A stretch of DNA of 64,000 bases from an uncultured Alphaproteobacteria bacterium (GTDB lineage Bacteria > Pseudomonadota > Alphaproteobacteria > HIMB59 > GCA-002718135): assembly GCA_902621855.1 (NCBI GenBank), contig CACNNQ010000003.1, forward strand, positions 23,676-87,675, in the 5' to 3' direction. The position numbers were made by a program, and so were the translations under genes. Of this stretch, positions 60,236 through 64,000 are shown one piece after another; position 1 is the stretch's first letter, and every line of letters begins with the position of its first letter. The notes beneath the pieces were generated by a model. The model searched no databases and was not told where the DNA came from. It saw only the letters and a program-made list of their open reading frames with translations.

Positions 60236-60815
60236 GTCTTTTAAATATTCTATGAAGTAATAAGAGAATAATTATTCCCATATAAATGACTGGTTCGGTT
60301 TTATCAGCACGAACTAAAACATAAAAATGCATACTAGCTAGTATCGCTACTGGGTAAATTAAATAATGAATTTTCTTCCATAATTTAAAACCTAATCGTT
60401 TAATCATATTGTTTGTTGAAGTGCTCGCAAGCGGAATTAAAAAAAGAAAACTTATAAAACCAAAAGTTATAAATGGTCTTTTTATAATATCTTGTACGAT
60501 AAATTGCATATCTAAAAAATGATCTAAAACTATGTAAGTGGAGAAATGCAAACAGACATAATAGAACGCAAAAAGTCCAATCATTCTTCGTAATACAACT
60601 ATCGATTTTAAAGGTTTAATATTTGATAGAGTAGTAATCATAAGAGTTATTATTATTAATCTGAGAGCCATCAGACCTAACTCATCCATTAGTTTTTCAA
60701 TTGGATTTACTCCAAGATTTCCAGTAACAAATTGGTACGCCCAGAGTAGACTAGGAAATAAAATTAAAATAAATAAGACAGGTTTACTGCGATTAAAATT
60801 TCTTGTTGAAAACAT
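60210..60815 (-). CDS. msrQ: Methionine sulfoxide reductase heme-binding subunit
   Basis: RRMIGLFAFYYVCLH, KRPFITFG, PLASTS, WKKIHYLIY. Confidence 0.93.
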   Translation of the reverse strand: MFSTRNFNRSKPVLFILILFPSLLWAYQFVTGNLGVNPIEKLMDELGLMALRLIIITLMITTLSNIKPLKSIVVLRRMIGLFAFYYVCLHFSTYIVLDHFLDMQFIVQDIIKRPFITFGFISFLFLIPLASTSTNNMIKRLGFKLWKKIHYLIYPVAILASMHFYVLVRADKTEPVIYMGIIILLLLHRIFKRLTRPQLAQ

Positions 60816-60818
60816 TCA

Positions 60819-61736
60819 TTAATAAAATTTAGTCAAATCTAAATCTTTATAGAGATGTGCTACTTCTTTTTCATAGCCATTAAACATAAGTGTTTCTCTT
60901 CTTTTAAACTCTCCAATTCGTCTCTCTGTTCCTTGACTCCATCTTGGATGATTAACATTAGGATTAACATTAGCATAAAAACCATATTCCCAAGGAGCTA
61001 AAGTTTCCCAAGATGTTTCAGGTTGAGTATCTAAAAATCTAATTTCCACAATTGATTTAATTGATTTGAAACCATACTTCCATGGAACTACTAATCTGAT
61101 GGGTGCACCATTTTGATTAGGCATTTCATGACCATACAATCCAGTTGCTAGTATTGTAAGGGGATTCATTGCTTCATCCATTCGTAGCCCTTCTCTATAT
61201 GGCCAAATAATTGTTCTCTTTTGCTGACCTGGCATTTCTTCCGGCCTGAAAACAGTTACAAACTGAACATACTTTGCTGAACTTAAAGGTTCGGCCATTT
61301 TTATAAGTTCAGATAACTGAAAACCTTGCCAAGGAATAACCATGGACCATGCTTCAACACATCTCAATCGATAAACTCTATCTTCTATTGTTACATTTGA
61401 TAAAATTTTTTCTAAATCAAATGTTTGAGGCTTTTTCACAAGACCATCTATTTTTATTGTCCATGGCCTAGGTTTAAAATTTCCAGAATTTAAATGGGGA
61501 TGTTTTTTATGAGTCCCAAACTCATAAAAATTATTGTAGGTTGTGATTTCTTCGTAGGAATTAAGTTTATCGTTTTCATTTAGATTTTTAGTATAAATTG
61601 AAAGATCACTATCGTGGTTTGCAAATGCTGATGAGGTAATCGTTGCTAGCATGGCGCTAGCTAAAGATCCCTTTATAAACTTACGTCTATTTAAATATGT
61701 CTTATAGGGTGTGATTTCAGATCCTAAAATTTTCAT
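60819..61736 (-). CDS. msrP: Methionine sulfoxide reductase Mo-catalytic subunit
   Basis: Tat motif NRRKFI, YNNFYEFG, RCVEAWS, QNGAPIRLVVPWKYGFKS. Confidence 0.96.
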   Translation of the reverse strand: MKILGSEITPYKTYLNRRKFIKGSLASAMLATITSSAFANHDSDLSIYTKNLNENDKLNSYEEITTYNNFYEFGTHKKHPHLNSGNFKPRPWTIKIDGLVKKPQTFDLEKILSNVTIEDRVYRLRCVEAWSMVIPWQGFQLSELIKMAEPLSSAKYVQFVTVFRPEEMPGQQKRTIIWPYREGLRMDEAMNPLTILATGLYGHEMPNQNGAPIRLVVPWKYGFKSIKSIVEIRFLDTQPETSWETLAPWEYGFYANVNPNVNHPRWSQGTERRIGEFKRRETLMFNGYEKEVAHLYKDLDLTKFY

Positions 61737-61787
61737 AATAATAATATATATCTTAAATATTAAAATTGAAGATTTGCTTCAATAATC

Positions 61788-62195
61788 TTAGCTTTTAAAA
61801 TGGGAATTATATTTATTTAGTATTTTTTCTGGCCATGTACTTTTAATAAATTCAAGAATGGACCAAACATCGTCATCTGATAACGTATCATTAGCAAGCA
61901 TTTTACCTTCATAATCAGGAATTATTTTTTTAAAACCATATTTAATTACATGAAATAAATACTCTGGGGAATGGTGCCATGTATGACCTGTGCCATTGAG
62001 AGGAGGAGCTCTTCGATGACCATCTTCATCTAACGATTTATTCCACTCTTCATGACCAGCTAAATTACCCATATGACATCCAGCACAATTTTCAGCATAT
62101 AATTTCATACCTTTAAAAATATCAACTTCTGCTGCATGAATACCCGGACCAATGGATAGGATTGTGAGTGTAGTAATAAATTTCAAGATTTGCAT
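61788..62195 (-). CDS. Monoheme c-type cytochrome
   Basis: Signal peptide, CAGCH, APPLNGTGHTWHH. Confidence 0.88.
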   Translation of the reverse strand: MQILKFITTLTILSIGPGIHAAEVDIFKGMKLYAENCAGCHMGNLAGHEEWNKSLDEDGHRRAPPLNGTGHTWHHSPEYLFHVIKYGFKKIIPDYEGKMLANDTLSDDDVWSILEFIKSTWPEKILNKYNSHFKS

Positions 62196-62264
62196 TTAGA
62201 CTATATATTTTTTTAAATTTATATTTCATTACAAATATATCTTTTTTTTTGATAGAATATATAA

Positions 62265-64000
62265 ATGAAAAAAATTCTCATAATTTTTGCTTTTTTTACT
62301 TTAATAATTTCACTTAACAAACACGCTTACAGTGAAAAGATACACGGCATTGCAATGCATGGAACACCAAAGTATGCCGGTGATTTTGAATATCTAGATT
62401 ATGTAAATCCAAACGCACCTAAGGGTGGTACTGTAAAATTTGGATCATATGGTTCTTTTGATAATTTAAATAGAGTAGCTTTTAAAGGTTCCAAAGCAGC
62501 TGGTCTTGGCTATGTTAATGATACTTTGATGAGAAGAGTATGGGATGAAGCATTCTCTCTTTATGGTTTAATAGCTGAAAAAGTAGAATTACCTGAAGAT
62601 AGATCCTCTATAACTTTTTATTTAAATTCAAATGCAACTTTTCATGATGGCTCACCAATAACACGTGATGACGTATTGTTTAGTTTAGAAACGTTTCAAA
62701 CAAAAGGTACTCCAAATCAGAAAAAAACTTATGGCAAAGTTATTAAAACTGAATTGATTGGAAATGATGGAATAAAAATGATTTTTGAAAATAATGAAGA
62801 TAAAGAGTTACCTCTTATTATTGCAGGTTTTCTTCCTATTATTCCAAAGAAGTTTTATGAAAATCTTGATGTTACAAAAACATTTTTAGATATTCCGCTA
62901 GGTAGTGGTCCATACCAAGTTGAAAGTCTCGATCCAGGACGTCAAATAAAATACAAACGCGTTGAAAATTATTGGGCAAAAGATTTACCGGTAAATAAAG
63001 GTCTCTATAATTTTGAGACAATTATTTATGATTATTACAAAGACTCAAATGTCTTAGTTGAAGCTTTTAAGGTTGGTGAATACGACTTTAGAAGAGAGTA
63101 CAATGTTAAACGTTGGTTATCAGAATATGATTTCAAAGCTATCCAGAATGGTGAAGTAATATTGACAGAAATGAATAACGATAGACCTGTTGGAATGAAT
63201 GGTCTTGTGATGAATACAAGACGTGACATATTTAATAATAGAAATGTAAGACTTGCTTTAAGTTATGCCTATGATCATGAATGGATTAATAAAACGATAT
63301 ATCAAAATGCTTATGTGAGAACAGATAGTTATTTTGATAATTCACCATTGGCTTCTTCAGGCTTACCATCAAAAAATGAGTTAGAATTGTTGAATGTATG
63401 GAAAGATGAAATTCCAGCAGAGGTATTTACGGAAACATTTACTCCACCTATTACGGATGGCAGTGGTAATGACCGTAAAAATTTATTGAAAGCAAAAGAA
63501 ATACTTGAAAAAGAGGGATGGTTTGTTGAAAATGGAAAACTGGTAAAAGATGGAAAAGAATTCAAGTTTGAGTTCTTGATTGTCAGTCCATCTGATGAGA
63601 AAATTGCCTTAGCCTATCAAAGTAATTTAAAAAAACTTGGCATTACAATGGACGTAAGAACTGTTGATTCATCACAGTATCAAGAACGTTTGTTAAGTTA
63701 TGATTTTGATATGATTAAAAGATATTGGGGAGTCAGTTTAAGCCCAGGAAATGAGCAACAATTTTATTGGGGATCAGAAGTTGGTCAAAAAGATGGAAGC
63801 AGAAATTATCCTGGTATCAATAGTCCAGCAGTTGATGCATTAATTGAAAAACTAATTAGTGCAACAAATAGAGAAGAATTAACAACGGCGATCCACGCAC
63901 TTGATAGAGTATTGTTATGGGGTCACTATGTTGTTCCTCTTTATCATAGCAACAAAGACAGAATTGCTTATTGGGATTTTTTTGAATACCCAGACGAAAT
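62265..64000 (+). CDS. yejA: ABC peptide-binding protein, family 5 (YejA-like), 3'-truncated
   Basis: Hand translation: MKKILIIFAFF...HGIAMHGTPKY...YVNPNAPKGG...FHDGSPIT...PLGSGPY; frame open to the window end. Confidence 0.85.
   Translation, partial: MKKILIIFAFFTLIISLNKHAYSEKIHGIAMHGTPKYAGDFEYLDYVNPNAPKGGTVKFGSYGSFDNLNRVAFKGSKAAGLGYVNDTLMRRVWDEAFSLYGLIAEKVELPEDRSSITFYLNSNATFHDGSPITRDDVLFSLETFQTKGTPNQKKTYGKVIKTELIGNDGIKMIFENNEDKELPLIIAGFLPIIPKKFYENLDVTKTFLDIPLGSGPYQVESLDPGRQIKYKRVENYWAKDLPVNKGLYNFETIIYDYYKDSNVLVEAFKVGEYDFRREYNVKRWLSEYDFKAIQNGEVILTEMNNDRPVGMNGLVMNTRRDIFNNRNVRLALSYAYDHEWINKTIYQNAYVRTDSYFDNSPLASSGLPSKNELELLNVWKDEIPAEVFTETFTPPITDGSGNDRKNLLKAKEILEKEGWFVENGKLVKDGKEFKFEFLIVSPSDEKIALAYQSNLKKLGITMDVRTVDSSQYQERLLSYDFDMIKRYWGVSLSPGNEQQFYWGSEVGQKDGSRNYPGINSPAVDALIEKLISATNREELTTAIHALDRVLLWGHYVVPLYHSNKDRIAYWDFFEYPDE

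Noticed and set aside
456-63565. The many 60-130 aa ORFs antisense to or out of frame within called genes
   Set aside because: Shadow ORFs of strongly supported genes, with no recognisable motifs.

Overview
Very AT-rich, gene-dense bacterial DNA. Gene content and order suggest a streamlined marine alphaproteobacterium, SAR11/HIMB59-like (inference). Bases 1-20.8 kb are housekeeping: fabI, a GDPD, pnp-rpsO-truB-rbfA-infB-nusA, trmB-lnt-corC-ybeY-phoH-miaB-rimI-tsaB, a deacetylase/glucosaminidase pair, nfu, trpS, murJ. About 20.8-58.4 kb is a ~37 kb phosphorus-starvation island. It holds SET-phoR-pstSCAB-phoU-phoB, two plcP-agt lipid-remodelling pairs, ppx/sixA/ppk1, arsenic-related genes (MIP channel, arsC), a DUF47-PiT transporter, and a phosphonate cluster. 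That cluster has phnZ, phnW, phnY, phnA, a phosphonate-type Fe-ADH, a stand-alone core MetE-like enzyme, an orphan methyltransferase-fold protein, a cupin, and two Ugp-like ABC systems sharing one ATPase. Many island promoters carry 11-bp-period Pho-box-like arrays. A ~197-bp direct repeat (arsC 3' end, Pho-like array and a hairpin with an anti-SD loop) brackets a 3-kb lipid-remodelling cassette. The right end has a zf-CHCC gene, a FYDLN protein, an MFS transporter, msrPQ, a cytochrome c and a partial YejA-like SBP. No tRNA, rRNA, CRISPR array, integrase or transposase was seen. All calls come from motif recognition, not database searches.
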